A stretch of DNA of 64,000 bases from Lama guanicoe (GCA_013239625.1 MU053629.1:1639567-1703566), one strand, 5' to 3'; positions 12,181 to 25,636 are shown, numbered from the stretch's first letter. Notes: generated from the sequence alone by a model not told the origin. Numbers and translations: made by a program.

Positions 12181-15091
12181 CTAAAAGCCCACAGCTTTGA
12201 GACAGAGGGAAGGGAGACTTGTCTACTTAGATTGATTCTTCCTGCTTCCCTCACTGGCTTGCAAGAGCAGCCTGGGCTTCTAACAGTTCCGATAGAACAC
12301 TGTGATCTGATTCACCTTGAACCCCTTTAAAATACTTTTCCAAACAGCCCAGACTGAAGGTGAGTATCCCTAATTCCCGGGTAACTGCATTCTCAACAGG
12401 AAGTAAAGTCACTAATAATGATGTAATTCAAGATGCTGCAAATGCAGGTCAGGTTCCAGGTTTCAGAGTCAAGAGTTTTTATAAATAATACACCTTTACT
12501 GCTACATCTATTGTGCTGGGTACAGTTTCCAAAGCACATTTTACACACACTTTCCTTCACGCCTCATCCCTGTGGGAGGATCAGCCCCATTTTACAGATG
12601 AAGAAAGTGAGGCCCAAAGAGGTAAAGTGACCTGCTCGATCCTCACATAGTAAGTAGCAGAGCTGGGATTTGAACCTGAAATTCCTGACTCCGCATCCGG
12701 CTCCCTTCCAGTTGCTCTGCTCTCTTCCACTCCCTTAGGACACTGGACCACAGCAAATGTAAACTCTGACTTTCTCTTGGCTGTTCCATTATTGAAGTCC
12801 TGCCTCTGCTTTAAATGAAAAGTACAGTCCACAGCTGGTTTTCATCTGTGTAGGAAATTCCATCTGTAGAGGCTAATGCCTGCTGTTTTCTCCAGCCAGC
12901 CTCTCATCACTCTGCTTTCCTTTGGGAAACTGCCTCTTCCCTACTCCACATGTGCAGAAGAAACTGTCCACCTCAGTGCCCCGGGGCCAAGGATGGGTGT
13001 CTGACCTAAGCGCGGCCAATCACACACTCTTTCCCGTGCATTGTGTGCAGAGGGACCCACTGATGGGAAGTATCAAAGAGGAGGATTTCTAAGTCTGGAT
13101 TGTGGGTGTCCATAAGCAGGCCAGGAGGACCCCTGAAGTTGCACTGTGCAGACTTCCTCTCAGCGCTCAGCCTGGAGGGGTCCAGGCAAGAGCCCGGCCT
13201 GCAGTGTGATTGATGAATGTGAGGCCTGACCCCGTGAGGCCAGGGCAGGGCAGGGTGGGATGAGGGGACAGCCAGGGAGCTGGAATCCCGGGGCTTTTGC
13301 CCCAGCTTTGCCCCTCCTTGTATAAGTTACTCTCCTCTGGGGCGACTACGAACCTTTTTGGGGGGCCCCTGGGGGTGAGGAAAGGGCAGTAGTGACCAGA
13401 GCCCCCAGGCCTCCAGAAGGCACCCTGGCACTCGGGGATTTTCCACCAGGGCCAGGAGGGTTTGTAGGCCAACATAATACCCGCTACACTCTCCTGATCT
13501 CTGTTGTGTGCCAGCCTTGCTCAGCACTTTCCCGGGGATCCTACTCTGTGGATCCCCAGAGGCAGATGCGCCTCCAGTTCCAGAAGCTTCAGGACCAGGA
13601 CTGTGTGAGACAATTTCAGGGTGGAACTCCCCACTGCTCAGGGCTGCCCCAGAGCCGACGGCTGGGGGACAGGTAGGTGGGGACAACAGAGGCCACTGTC
13701 AGAGAGCGATGGGGGTTTGGTGTCGTTTCCTTTCATTTGTTAGTAAACACAAGATCACAGAATAATCTGTGATGTTTGAGAAACAAATCCAGCATGCCAA
13801 CTGTAGGCCAGACCATTCAAGTGTAAAACCTACAAAAACCCCTGAGGTTATCATTTGAAAGATGGAGAAACTGAGGCCCACAGAGGTGGCAGGACTGCCT
13901 TGGCTTACTGGACCAGGGCTCAAACAAAGGTATCTCCACTCCCCCATACATTGTAATTTCTACCCTAGGAAGGAAGGGGCTGATATCTCCAGGGGGTCAG
14001 ATTTTAGGTAACAGAGGCCCCACCTTGGTCGTGACGAACCCTCCTCTTCCTCTCAGTCCACGTGCTGCCTTCTGACCACACTCCCCATTAGAACAAGCCC
14101 CCAACATTAACACTAACTGGATCTATTGCCTCTGGGTGTTAGCATTGCCATTTTGTCTCTTTTCAAAAAGACTCTTTAAGAATCAAAACAAAAAAAAAAT
14201 CTTCATTTAAAAGAAAATACTCATTTCTGCTGTGAAGTACCCGCAGAGCTTTGTTTCTAATTTGTGGACGATTTCATGTGGTTTGGAGAAGGGTTTGCAT
14301 ACTTGGCTCCCTCCTGCTCACTAGACTGTAATCCCCTCGAGGACCAGAAATGAGTCTCGTTTGGTGCTGAATTTCCCCAGTGCTTGCTTATAGCAGGCGC
14401 CCAATAAATGTTTGTTGAATTAAAATGGAGAATGGGGATGAAGGGCTACCGGGCTGCTGATTTGCTCTTGGTGTGACGGGGAGGGGGTGGGATGGGCAGC
14501 AGTGCCAAGGTCCCCAGTGTGTTGCTCAGAACTCTGGCCCCACAAAATACTATGGGAGAAAAGCATCTTAAAGTCAAATAAAATTGCTCAGCTCCCAGCT
14601 GGTCAAGGGAAATTGATTAGACACACTGACTCACACTAGGGTGATAATGATGTGTTCAGTACTGCGTGGTATGAGCTTACAGTGATAGAACTGTTGGGAG
14701 AGCAATGGAGCAACATCTAGAAGGTTGAGAATGTTCACACCCTTGGGCATACAAATTCCACTTCTGAGTATACACACTAGAGACACATTCACACAGGGGC
14801 ACAGGGAGACATGACCCAGAATGTACAGTGTGGCAGTGTTTGTGATAACCAACACAACCATAAATAGGAAAAAGGCTGAACTGTGGTTAAGTTCAGGTGA
14901 TGGAATGCTAGATAGAACTAATATCATTGAACTAGAGCCACATGTATCATTATCAATCAATCCCAAAATATAACATCGAATTTAAAAAATTACAGAAGTA
15001 AATGCACAATATGATAGTGCACCAAAAAGTTTAGAAATACTCAAAACAACATTATATCATCTTTATGGCCACATTGGCAAAAGCATAAAAC

Positions 15092-15530
15092 TGTAATAGA
15101 AAACAACAAATCTGACTCTATATTAGATCTTTAGCTTTAACCCTGTGCCCTGTTTCCTAGGCTTAGTCTTGCTAGCTCTGCACTCATGTAAAGACAACAA
15201 GGTTGCAGAACAGAGAACAACATTTGTTTTGTTGGAGGTTTTGCAGGCGCACCATGAGCTGGCCCATGTGGACAGCTGCAGGAACAAAGAATTCCTGCAC
15301 CAAGAAGTTTGCAACAACCAACCACACCCCCTCCCCTATTTTTTTTTTTTTATTTTTATAGAAGAAGCCTGTATTCTGACTGGAGCAGGATGGTTCTCCA
15401 AGACGTCAGTCTGCCATCCTCTCCATCTGCCGGCTTTCCAAATAAAGTCACTATTCTTTGCCCCAACACCTTGTCTTTAGATTTACTGGCCTGTTGTGCG
15501 GCAAGCAGAACGAGTTTGGACTCGGTAACA
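15092..15530 (+). mobile_element. Solo ERV1-class LTR inserted in an old L1M fragment
   Basis: TGTAA...TAACA termini, internal AATAAA, flanks aaac/agac (4-bp TSD with one mismatch). Confidence 0.75.
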
Positions 15531-15805
15531 AGACTGTTTATGGGTTGATATACACCATAGTCATGACAGTGGTTTCTAGGGGGAAGGGGGAGGAGGAGGA
15601 GGCGGTTTTGTAAGGGTCCACAAAAAGCCTTATCTGTATCTGTACTTTTTATAAACAGAGGTGGGAAGCATCTGCCGCAAATATGATAATATTAAGATGG
15701 GATTAAGTTGGGTGTTGAATATTCAACTGTTCATGTCATTTCCCTTTTTTGTGTGTTTAGTATATTTAATAATAAAAATTTATAGTAATCAAAAACTTAA
15801 CCCAG

Positions 15806-16089
15806 ACTCATGGACAGAGAATACAGACTTGTGGTTACCAGGGGGGTAGAGGGTGGGAAGGGATAGACTGGGATTTCAAAATTGTAGAATAGATAAACAA
15901 GATTACACTGTATAGCACAGGGAAATATACACAAAATGTTATGATAAATCACAGAGAAAAAAATGTGGCAATGAGTGTGTATATGTCCATGAATGACTGA
16001 AAAATTGTGTTGAACACTGGAATTTGACACAACATTGTAAAATGATTATAAATCAATAAAAAATGTTAAAAACCAAAACAAAACAAAAA
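15806..16089 (+). mobile_element. Short LINE-1 3' end with a 15-bp TSD
   Basis: aaaaacttaacccag at 15791-15805 and 16090-16104; AATAAA followed by an A-rich tail. Confidence 0.88.
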
Positions 16090-16104
16090 AAAAACTTAAC
16101 CCAG

Positions 16105-16560
16105 CTTGGAAAAGGAAACAGTCACCCAAATCTAGGAAGCACAGAATTCCACCCAGGAGCAACCCAAAGAGGAACACACCAGGGCACATAGTCAGCAAAT
16201 TGACACAAATTAAGGTTAAGGAGAAAATATTAAAAGTAGCAAGAGAAAAGCAACAAATAACATACAAGGGAGCTCCCATAATGTTATCAGCTGATTTTTC
16301 AGCACAAACTCTACAGGCCAGAAGGGAGCGGTGCGATATATTTAAAATGATGAGAGACAAAAATTTACAACCAAGAATACTCTATCCAGCAAGGCTCTTG
16401 TTCAGATTTGATGGAAAAATCAAAAGCTTCACAGATGAACAAAAGCTAAAAGAATTCAGCACCACCAAGCCAGCTTTACAACAAATGTTAAAGGAACTTC
16501 TCTAGTCATCAAACCGTAAGAGAACAGAAAGAAGAAAGAGAAGGGGAAAAAAAGACCTAC
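16105..16560 (+). mobile_element. LINE-1 ORF1 C-terminal fragment with its stop codon and inter-ORF spacer
   Basis: ORF 16200..16505 (KEKILKVAREKQQITYKGAPI...ADFS...LQPRILYPARL...LQQMLKELL) is typical L1 ORF1p. Confidence 0.92.
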
Positions 16561-16564
16561 GAAA

Positions 16565-17085
16565 GTTTGCTTTGGCAGTTCAGGGTCTTTTATGATTCCA
16601 TATAAATTTTGGAATTGATTGTTCTAGTTCTGCGAAAAATGCTGTTGAGTATTTTGACAGGGGTTGCACTGGCTCTGTAGGTTGCTTTGGGTAGTGTGGC
16701 GATTTTGATAATGTTGATTCTTCCAATCCAAGAGCCCAAGGTATCTTTTCCATTTCTTTGTATCATCTTCAGTTTCCTTCATCAATGTTTTGCAGTTTTC
16801 AGAGTATAGGTAACCTCCTTGGTTAAGCTTATTTCTGTTTTTAATGCAATGGAAATGTTTACGCCAGTTATAAAATTCTGGTTTTTGAAGTGGAAAAAAG
16901 TGAATAAAGGGCCACAAATGGCAAAATATCCTTCTTTTTTATGAGTGAGTTTTATTCCATTACTTATATATGCTGCATCTCCTTTATCCATCCATCTATT
17001 GATGCGCAATTAGGATGTGTCCATATCTTGGCAATTATAAATAATGTTGCTGTTAATAGCAGGGTGTATGTATTTTTTTAAATTA
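16565..17085 (-). mobile_element. Inverted LINE-1 ORF2 fragments
   Basis: Minus-strand ORF pieces YLYSENCKTLMKETEDDTKKWK and ORF2 C-terminal-like sequence. Confidence 0.8.
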
Positions 17086-19080
17086 ATTCTTATTTTGTTG
17101 CCTTTATTCCTTTGATAACTAAGTTTAAAAAGCTAAAGCTCTAAATGTTCTTAGAAACAATGAACAGTATATATATGTAAATTTTAAAAATATGTGCAGT
17201 ATATTGTATACATGTATTTACATGCAATATATTGTATATGTGCAGTCAAATTGTAACAATTCTACCTAACAAAGCTGAAAAATGAAAAAAAAGAAAGACG
17301 AGAAAAAATAAACAAAAACCTAATTTGTAAAAAGGAAGAACTCAAGTCCTCATTGAGAGATGCAGAGTTAACCCACCATGAACTTCGTCTCTATGAATCT
17401 GAATATTCTAGGAACCCCATATAAGTGGAATCATACATTTGTCTTTTTGTCTCTGGCTTATTTCACTTAGCATAACATTTTCAAGGTTCATGCACGTATC
17501 AGAATTCTGTCCCTTTTTCAGGCTGAATAATATTCCATTGTATGTATATTTCACATTTTGTTTATCCACTTATTCACTGATGAACATTTGGATTGTTACC
17601 ACCCTTTGGCTATTGTGAACAATCCTGTGTAGTCATTAGTTTTATAACCAATGCATGTATAACACTTTCTAGTTTACAAAGCATATTTATTTGCATGAGA
17701 TAACTTGATGAAAGCAGAGTAGATTTCCTTATCACATTTTTTATTGAGGGTCAGACAGGTCACATGACTGGCTCAAGGTCACACAGCTGGTAGAAACTGA
17801 ATTTAATTCTCATATAAAATGGAGGCTGTACTCAACATCTAAGATTCTACAATTCTGTCAGCAGCCTTGACCTCTCCAAAAGAAGTGTTTCGTGGTACAT
17901 TTCAGACCTCACGGCAGGCTCGTCTTCAAAGTTCCTTGTGCCGGTGACTTGTGTCTTTCTGCGTCTTGCGTTTGACAGGCAGAGGATGGTGGATGTTTAG
18001 TGAGCATATGATGAAAGTCTGTTGTCAACCACTCGGGCTTGCAAGGACCTGCCCATGAGGCCACCAGCTGGAAAGCTGCCAGTCACATCAGATTCCCTCC
18101 CTGTGGCCACAAGAAGCGCTGCCTCTCCTCTTGTGCCAGAGTCAGGACCCTCACCAACCCCTGAAATGGGCTCCTGGATTTTCCTCTAAGATCTGGATTT
18201 ATGGCTCTTTGGGCAGTGTACTCACTGCTGGAGGAGAGAGGGAAGGAAGGCGGCTTCTGCTTCCTCTTGGAAAGGCGTTGGAAATCCTGCTCATCTTCTA
18301 GACCCAGTTCGAATGCCCTTCCCATCTTCAGCCTTCTGTCTCCGCTAGACTTTCTCTGCCTCTCCCGCTTCCTCCAGCAGGTGCTGCTCCTGCCGCTCCC
18401 TACAATCCTTACTCTCTCCAGCAATCTCTCTTTTTCTCTAACAGAGGAAATGCAATTTACATACCCCACAGTTCACTCACCTAACACGTGCAATTCAGTG
18501 GGTTTTAGTATATTCAATGATATGTGCAACTATCACCGCAGTCAATTTTACAACATTTTTGCCACTTTAGCTGCACACTTGAGCGATCACCCCAACTCCC
18601 CCCCGCTCCCCTACAAGCCCTAAGCAATCACTTTTCTATCTATATAGATTTGTCTCTCCTGGACATTTCATATAAATGGAATCATATAACATGTGGCATG
18701 TTTTGTGTCTGGCATTTTACACTGAGCATCATGTTTTCAGGTTCACTCACGTTGAGAGCATCTCTTTCATGCATATGAACATGTCTCCTTTCTCAGGCTG
18801 GGCTATAAACACCTCGAGGTCGGGGTCACCTTTTGTGTTGCTTTTCTCCTGCCCCAGCCAGGTACCCAGGACAGTGCTAAGCTCTCAGGAGGAGGAGGAG
18901 GACTCTGGGGAAACTGCTCTAAGGATTCCCTTTCATTGTCCTCTGTGGACCATGACAGCGAATCGGCAGGGGGACAATTCAAATCCACACTGGGTTTGCC
19001 AGGAATAGGGTCTTTCCATTCAAGACACTGGTCACCTTCTGCCCTACACCCTTTAATGGCTCATTTGCGGGGAGGCAGCA

Positions 19081-19190
19081 GGGGATAGGTAATTAGGTTT
19101 ACAAATTTATTTAATGGAAGTACTGGGGATGGAACCCAGGATCTTGTGCATGCTAAGCACTGTGCTCTACCACGGAGCTACACCCTCCCC
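19081..19190 (-). mobile_element. tRNA-derived SINE (Vic-1-like)
   Basis: Same family as the copy at 47927-48044, in reverse orientation. Confidence 0.85.
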
Positions 19191-20464
19191 CTGGCTCACT
19201 GTTAATTATAGGAATGAGCTCAAATCCTTGGCCTGGCTTTAAAACTTGCCAACAGGGAGGGAGCCCCCAGCCAGTCCTAGCTTTGCACCAGGTAGAACTC
19301 CACCTCCCCGTCACGGGAGCTGCTCCCCTTTGCTCGGCTGTTCCGCTCCCTCTCGCAAGCCTCATCCTGTGGCTTATTGAAGACCTACCAGATGGGGATG
19401 AAGCGGGGTGGAGCAGAATGTGGGAAGGCCTGGGTTTGATTCCTGACTTGGTCATTTAGTAGCTGAAACCTCAGACAAATTCTTAAATTTCTCTGGTCTC
19501 ATCAGCCTTGTCTGCCACGTGGGGCTACCGGCACCACCTCACGGGGGTTGTGCTTGGCATGGGAGCTGACGTACGTGAGATGATTGAACTGGTAGGTATT
19601 CAGTGGTTCCAATTCTACCCCTATCAAATTTGGGTTCCTCTGAGGAAATATCTAAGCTGTTCTTATTTTTTAAAAAAATTTTGAAATATATATGCATAAA
19701 AGTACCCATATCATAAGTGACCAGTTAATTTTCAGAGCGCACTGTGTAACCAGCCCCAGATCAAGACCCCAAGTCCCCCTGTGTTCCTTCCAGTCGCCAC
19801 CACCTCCTCCCTGACCGCTGACCAAGGGGAGCCACCGTCCTGAAGCTGCAGAGGAGGGCTGTCTGTTTGGGGCTTTATATAAAACGGATCTTACACCATG
19901 TTATCCTCACTTTTAAGAAGACACTCCCATTTCCAGCTCCCGTGGCACAGTTTCTAAACCTCTGTTTGACGTTTGACACAGTCTGTCTTGTGGACTCCCA
20001 GAGGGCAGGGGTGGATCTTTTTCTTTTTTAATAGATAGTGTGTGTGTTTTATTAGGGGTGGAATCTTATTCCCATTATTTCTCAGTGCCTCTCATAGGAT
20101 TAAGTGGACAGAGATGGCAGGAGGTTCAAGAAACTTGATGAATTTTTCTGCACCCCAACCCCACGCTGAGAAAAAAACACGTCCTTATTCAGGAGAGCCC
20201 CAACTCCAGCCACTGAGGTTTCCCAAAGGGTGCCTCCCCCTTTTGCTCTCTCTCCTTGACCCCTGCCCCACTTCCTTCCTTCGGAGAAGTTCCTCCCCGC
20301 TCAGGCCAGGACTCATTGACCCTCTGTCTGCACCGCCTCTGGGGCCAGGCCCTGGGCGGGAGGCCTGGGAAAGCTGCCCCCAGCTGCTCTCCCACGAGGC
20401 TTGGGCGGGGCCTGGGGGCGCCCTGCTGGAGGCTGGTTTCAGCTTGGCAGTGAGGGGAGGCCTC

Positions 20465-20465
<1 letters not shown>

Positions 20466-20503
<38 letters not shown>
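20466..20503. repeat. (GCAG)n tetranucleotide microsatellite, about 9 units
   Basis: caggcaggcaggcagg..., followed by a poly-C run. Confidence 0.9.
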
Positions 20504-21914
20504 ACCCCCCCCCCCTTGTAAGCCCGCTCAAAACTCTGGAATGTTACATTGTATCTATAGATATCATCTTAATTTGTTACCATGTTTGTTTTAGGTTTTA
20601 TTTTTTAAAGTTTGTTTATCCGTGGCTTTTTTCCTTCTCTTCCCCTCTCTCCCTTTTCCTCCCCTCCGCCTCCCTCTTCCTCTCTCTCTCCTCCCCCAAC
20701 CCCACTTCTTTAGTGATCCCACACTTTATTCCTACCCTCCTGCACCCTCCCCACCACACACAGAAGTCTAGAGTTGGCAAGGACCTTAAAAATCCAGTCG
20801 TTTTAAAGGTGGACAGAGAAGAGACCTGCCCAACATTGCCTAAAGGTAGTGGCCAAGGCAAAGCAGGGCTCAGGTGTCCATGTTTAGGTAGCTGTGAGTG
20901 GTAGAGAAACCCCACCTCATCTCCTCACCAGCTGTGTGATCTTGTGCAGGTCACTTAACCTCTCTGAGCCTAGAGTCTTCATCTGTGAAAGGATAACACC
21001 CACTTCAGTGGGATTTTTGTGAGGAGTCAGGTGGTATGAGCCCTTCCTTCAAAAGCTATAAAGACAGTGAGGGGTGGTGGACAGTCAGTACTCTGGCCCC
21101 TTCCCCTTTTTTGAAATTTCATTTGCAGGTTATGTTGTGTATACGTGTTGCAAATATTTTTTTCTTATTATATCTTAACCTTTTTTTTTCCAAATCAAAC
21201 GTACTTTATTCTTTTATCTTTAACTTTTTAAATGGCATTGTTTATTATGTAGGTGTTTGTAATTTGAAGGTAGCTAAATATGTCCCATCTTTTCCTCTAG
21301 GGTTTTGTGTTTTGGAGTCTTGCCTAAGTTTGTAAGTGAGGAATATTTTATAAATGACAGATTCCCCAGACAAATCACAGAAAAGGAAATACACATAGCT
21401 CTTAAAATAGGAAAAAGAAACCCTACAAATTCTCTCATAATAAAAGAAATGCCGAGATACCAGTTTTTACATGATCAGATTAGCAAAACTCCTAAAGTGT
21501 GATAGCACATTGTCTTGGTGGAGCTGATGAGTAACAAGTAAGTATTCTCATAGTTCCCTGGGAGAAGTATAAATTGGTACAACCCTTACCAAGGGCAATT
21601 TTGCAGTTTTTGTAAAAATTAAAAACGCACATACCATTTGATCTAGTAATTCTACTAGATCCTTATCCTCAGCTATTACACATGCATGAAATGACTTGTG
21701 CATAAGGTTGTTCATTATGGCCTCATTTACAACAGCAAGGGAAACAACCCAAATATCATCACTAGGGAACTGGTGAAAATATATTTCATTCATGCAATGG
21801 ACTACTACAACCATAGTAAAGAATAGGGAAGTTTCTCATGAACTGATATGGGAAAAAAAACCTCTATATTGTTATAGGATAAAAGCAAGGTGCAGAACAG
21901 TATATATAATGAGC

Positions 21915-22318
21915 AATACTCTCACTCCAAGGGGCAACCAAACCTCCCGGCTGCAGATGCAGGTCCCACAGGCTGTCGTGGCTGGGAAACTGGGCGTGTG
22001 CCACCCCATCCCAAGGGTACTTGAAAATGTACAGTAAGTCAGTGGTTTGGCGTCAACATACAGTGGGAGGTTAAGGACCCAACTCCCAGAGTGGAGGTTG
22101 TAAGAGCCAAGCCTCCCCAAAGCCACGATGCTGAGCAACCTCTGGAAAGAATCCAACACAGCCATCAGAAGCATCACATTTTAGCTTCCATTAAGTCAAA
22201 TGAGCATGATCACTTGAAATCTGAGTGGGACCAGCATAACAATCAGAAGATTTTCAATAGACTTGTGCAAGCAAGATTTACGGACGTCATGCAAGTGTTT
22301 ATCATTAACACTGAAGAA
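21915..22318 (+). pseudogene. CFAP53: Processed pseudogene fragment of CFAP53 (CCDC11): 5' UTR plus about the first 96 codons
   Basis: ATG at 22027, then MYS, a 4-nt insertion, then QWFGVNIQWEVKDPTPRVEVVRAKPPQSHDAEQPLERIQHSHQKHHILASIKSNEHDHLKSEWDQHNNQKIFNRLVQARFTDVMQVFIINTEE. This aligns with the recalled human N-terminus MYSQRFGTVQREVKGPTPKVVIVRSKPPKGQGAEHHLERIRRSHQKHNAILASIKSSERDRLKAEWDQHN. No intron, a frameshift, and CpG-type R to W/H/Q changes. Confidence 0.85.
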
Positions 22319-22670
22319 AATCCAAATGAACTTATATATAAAACAGAAACAGACTCACAGACATAGAATACAGACTTGTGGCTGCCAGGGGGGAGGAGGG
22401 TGGGAAGGGATAAACTGGGAGTTCAAGATTTACAGATACTGACTGGTTTATATAAAATAGATAAACAAGTTTCTACTGTATAGCACAGGGAACTAGATTC
22501 AATATCTTGTAGTAGCTTATGGTGAAAAAGAATATGAAAATGAATATATGTAGATTCATGTGTGACTGAGGCATTGTGCTGTACACTAGAAATTGACACA
22601 ACATTGTAAACTGACTATACTTCAATTTTTAAACAGTAAAAAAATAAAAATAAAAATAAATAAATAAAAG
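22319..22670 (+). mobile_element. LINE-1 3' end with A-rich tail, fused to the CFAP53 fragment
   Basis: Same L1 3' UTR as the copies at 15806-16089, 31600-31890 and 40800-41100 (acagactcacagacatagaa...tatagcacagggaact...gaaattgacacaacattgtaaa); tail of (A)nT repeats. Confidence 0.9.
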
Positions 22671-23220
22671 TAATAAAGATAACTAGTCTTTTTAAATAGA
22701 AGACTGCGGTATATCTTTTTTCTTACAAAATTTATGATTAGACATATAATTCCAAAATTGAATATGACCAAGTAAAAATCAGTTAGTAAAAAGATATGCA
22801 GCCATCTGTGTAAAAAGGGGGAAAGAATATACATCCTCACATCTTGTGATGTATGTATGCTCTTACATATAATCTTGTATATAGATGACTGCATAATATT
22901 ATATGCATGATCTCTAGATGGATTCACCAGTAACTAATAATGGTAAATACCTGCTGGGGAGTAGAGAAGTTTTCTCTATAAATCTTTTGATACTTTAAAA
23001 ATTTTGAACCATGTGATTGATAATTTACCAATTCAGAAAATTGAAAAAACGCAACTTTAAAGTAATGGCAGATTCCCAGAATATCAAACTAGAGGCTTGG
23101 GGATGGGGCCTGTATTTTTTGAGTTCCCCAGGAACCTCTTAGGGGAATCCTTGGCTGTCACAGAAGATTCCTTAGAACCAGCTGGGCCTTAGATTCAGGA
23201 ATCAAGGTCCCACGGCCTAC

Positions 23221-23240
23221 ACTGCGCCACCTGGTGGCCC
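23221..23240 (-). promoter_or_regulatory. CTCF motif (GGGCCACCAGGTGGCGCAGT)
   Basis: Matches the CTCF core CCASYAGRKGGCRS without mismatch. Confidence 0.6.
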
Positions 23241-23694
23241 TAGTCCGGCATGATTCCAAGCATCCCTCTGAAAAATCTGTGGGGATGCCCAGCAGATGCA
23301 GACAAGGGCAGAGGGTAACGGGCCCTGTGCCCACAAGCTGGGTGGAGGAGGCTCCAGTGGGCACAGAGTTGCCCTCTGGGGCTGCCTGTCTGGATCCTGA
23401 TTGGAATGAGGCACAGCAACTAGATAGAGATCCACGGCCTCTCTGTCCCAATGAGCCACCCAGAGGCAGCCTGCAGGAGCACACAGCACAGGGACTTTCA
23501 AGTTAGACCTGGGTTCAAACCCTAGCTCCATCATATGGCTTAACGCCTCAGGTCCTCATTTTCTCATCTGCCAAATGGGTACAGGTAGAAGTCTGATCAA
23601 GTCAGCACACGAATCTAGAATAATGCTGACACATAGCAGGAACTTGATAAATGTTAATTCTCTTCCCTTCAGTTATTTTTTTTTAATTTTTTTT

Positions 23695-23792
23695 GGGGGG
23701 GAAGAGGTAATTAGGTTTTATTTATTTTAATGGCGGTACTGGGAATTGAACATGATAGACATACACTCTGCCACTAAGCTATACCGTCCCCC
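23695..23792 (-). mobile_element. tRNA-derived SINE (Vic-1-like, internally deleted)
   Basis: gtactgggaattgaac...ctgccactaagctataccgtcccc. Confidence 0.75.
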
Positions 23793-25184
23793 TCCTTCAG
23801 TTACTTCTTAATAACTTTACTCCCTTTCTCAAAAGAGAGTCACCTAGCTCTGTGGCACAGTGATGGCAGGGCCCAGTGTTGAAAAGACTGAGAAATCTGT
23901 GTGCTTCTTGTATTTCTAAACACTCTCCCCTCCTTCTTGCCTCTTCTTTAGCTAATAAAGAATAAATTCCAGGCCTGGCTGAGGTGGGGAGGGAGCTCAA
24001 AAAGTGACTACAGTCCCCTCAGACAGAGTCAGATCCAGGTCCAGTCATACTCCAGGTATGGGCAGGTCTGGGGGCTCCAGCAAGCCCTTCCTCTGGCCGG
24101 GGAGCAAGGCGCAGTCCCTGCCCTCAGGGAGCGCAGAGTCTAGGGCGGGAGGCAAAGAGAGCAAACATCACAACGAATGTGCAGGACGTTGAGGGACACA
24201 GGCAGGCACTGATGAAGTTACTAAGTTGGCCATTTGCTCTTTTGGGTTACGACACTGTTTGCAGAAGCTCCTGATAAAATGGAACTAAAGAGCCCACTAA
24301 CCCCTCACCCCTCAATTCAGATAAGCATCTTAGCTTCCCTCCTTGGTCTTCTCAAAGATGGCAGAACCAAGGGGAGGGGAGATGCTAGAATGAAAATGTT
24401 CTGTTTGGGCTGTGGGCAGGAAGGTTCGGAGAACAAGGCAAAACAGCCTAGAGGGGTGACTCCCGGGTTCAAAGCTGTCTGGTAGTAGAAAGACAACAGC
24501 CTGGCCAGAGGAGGAGCCTCACAAAGGAAATGGGGACATACCAAGGTCACTTGGGCCACAGTTCTGCCCTGGCTGTGCTCTGCTGGTCTCCCTTTCTGCT
24601 GCTCTCCAGAGCCAGACAGGGGCAGGGGCCTGTGGGGCACGCTCTGGGGCCAAACAGGCACCAGAAACAGTGTCCAGAGGGATCGGCAACTTTAGCTGCC
24701 ACCAAAGTGCTCCAGAATGAGCTTTGGGCCCCCAGTAATCCCACCCTCGGCCGACTCGCTCTGTAAACATCCTGAAAGGTGCTTCTTTGTGGGCCCCGTG
24801 TAAGGGAAGGGGGACCAACCATCCCCGTTCACCCTGGATGCTCCTGGTTTGAGCATTGAAAGTCCGGAGTCTCATGAAACCCCAGTCCCATGCAAGCGGA
24901 AATGGTTGTTGAGCGTCTCCTACCTTCCTCCGGCCGGGACTCCGCTTTGACCATGCAGGAACTGAGGTCCAGGAAAGGCAAGTCCCTTGTCCAGGTTCAT
25001 GAAGCTAGAAGGTGAGGGGCTGGCGCGGGAACCCAGGTCCGTCTCAGTCTTCCTGCTGCCTCCCCAGGTCAGGCCCAGGTCAGGCCTGCCTCACCAGGTG
25101 GTTCTAACAGCCCCTAACTGCTCTCCCTCCTCCAGACCCCACCCCTCCTCATCTCCCTCAGCGCTCGGGGTTACTTTTCCAAAG

Positions 25185-25350
25185 CCCTGCATTAGAATTA
25201 CGTGGAGGCCCTGTTAGAGCAGCTAGTTTGGCCCCAACCCCAGAGTTTCTGATTCAGCAGGTCTGGGTGCTGCTTGACAATCTGCATTTCTAACAAGGGC
25301 CAGGTGGTGCTGGAGCTGCTGGCCGGGGAACACACCTGGAGAATCACTGA
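25185..25350. mobile_element. MER5A-like hAT DNA transposon
   Basis: cccagagtttctgattcagcaggtctggg...aatctgcatttctaacaag...gagaatcactg. Confidence 0.75.
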
Positions 25351-25636
25351 TGTAAACCGCGGCTCACAAAACCTCTGCACCCACCCCACCCCTCGGCTCA
25401 CTGAATAAAGGCCAGGCCGTGCTCCAAGCCCCTCTGGGATCCAGCCCCCATGGCCCCCACATCTCCCCTCCACACCAGGTCCCCACCCTGCCAGGCTACT
25501 TCACATCCTGCCAGGCTCTGCTCTCTCCTACCACTGCGTCTTTGCTCAAGCTTCGTTCCCGGCCTGGACCCCACGGCCCCCTCCACACACACACCCAGCC
25601 CTTACCATTTACACCTGTTTCAAATACTGCCTCCTC

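Noticed and set aside
22091..22366. Functional CFAP53-L1 fusion protein
   Set aside because: The frame starts at GTG, the native ATG is frameshifted by 4 nt, and the substitutions look like neutral CpG decay.
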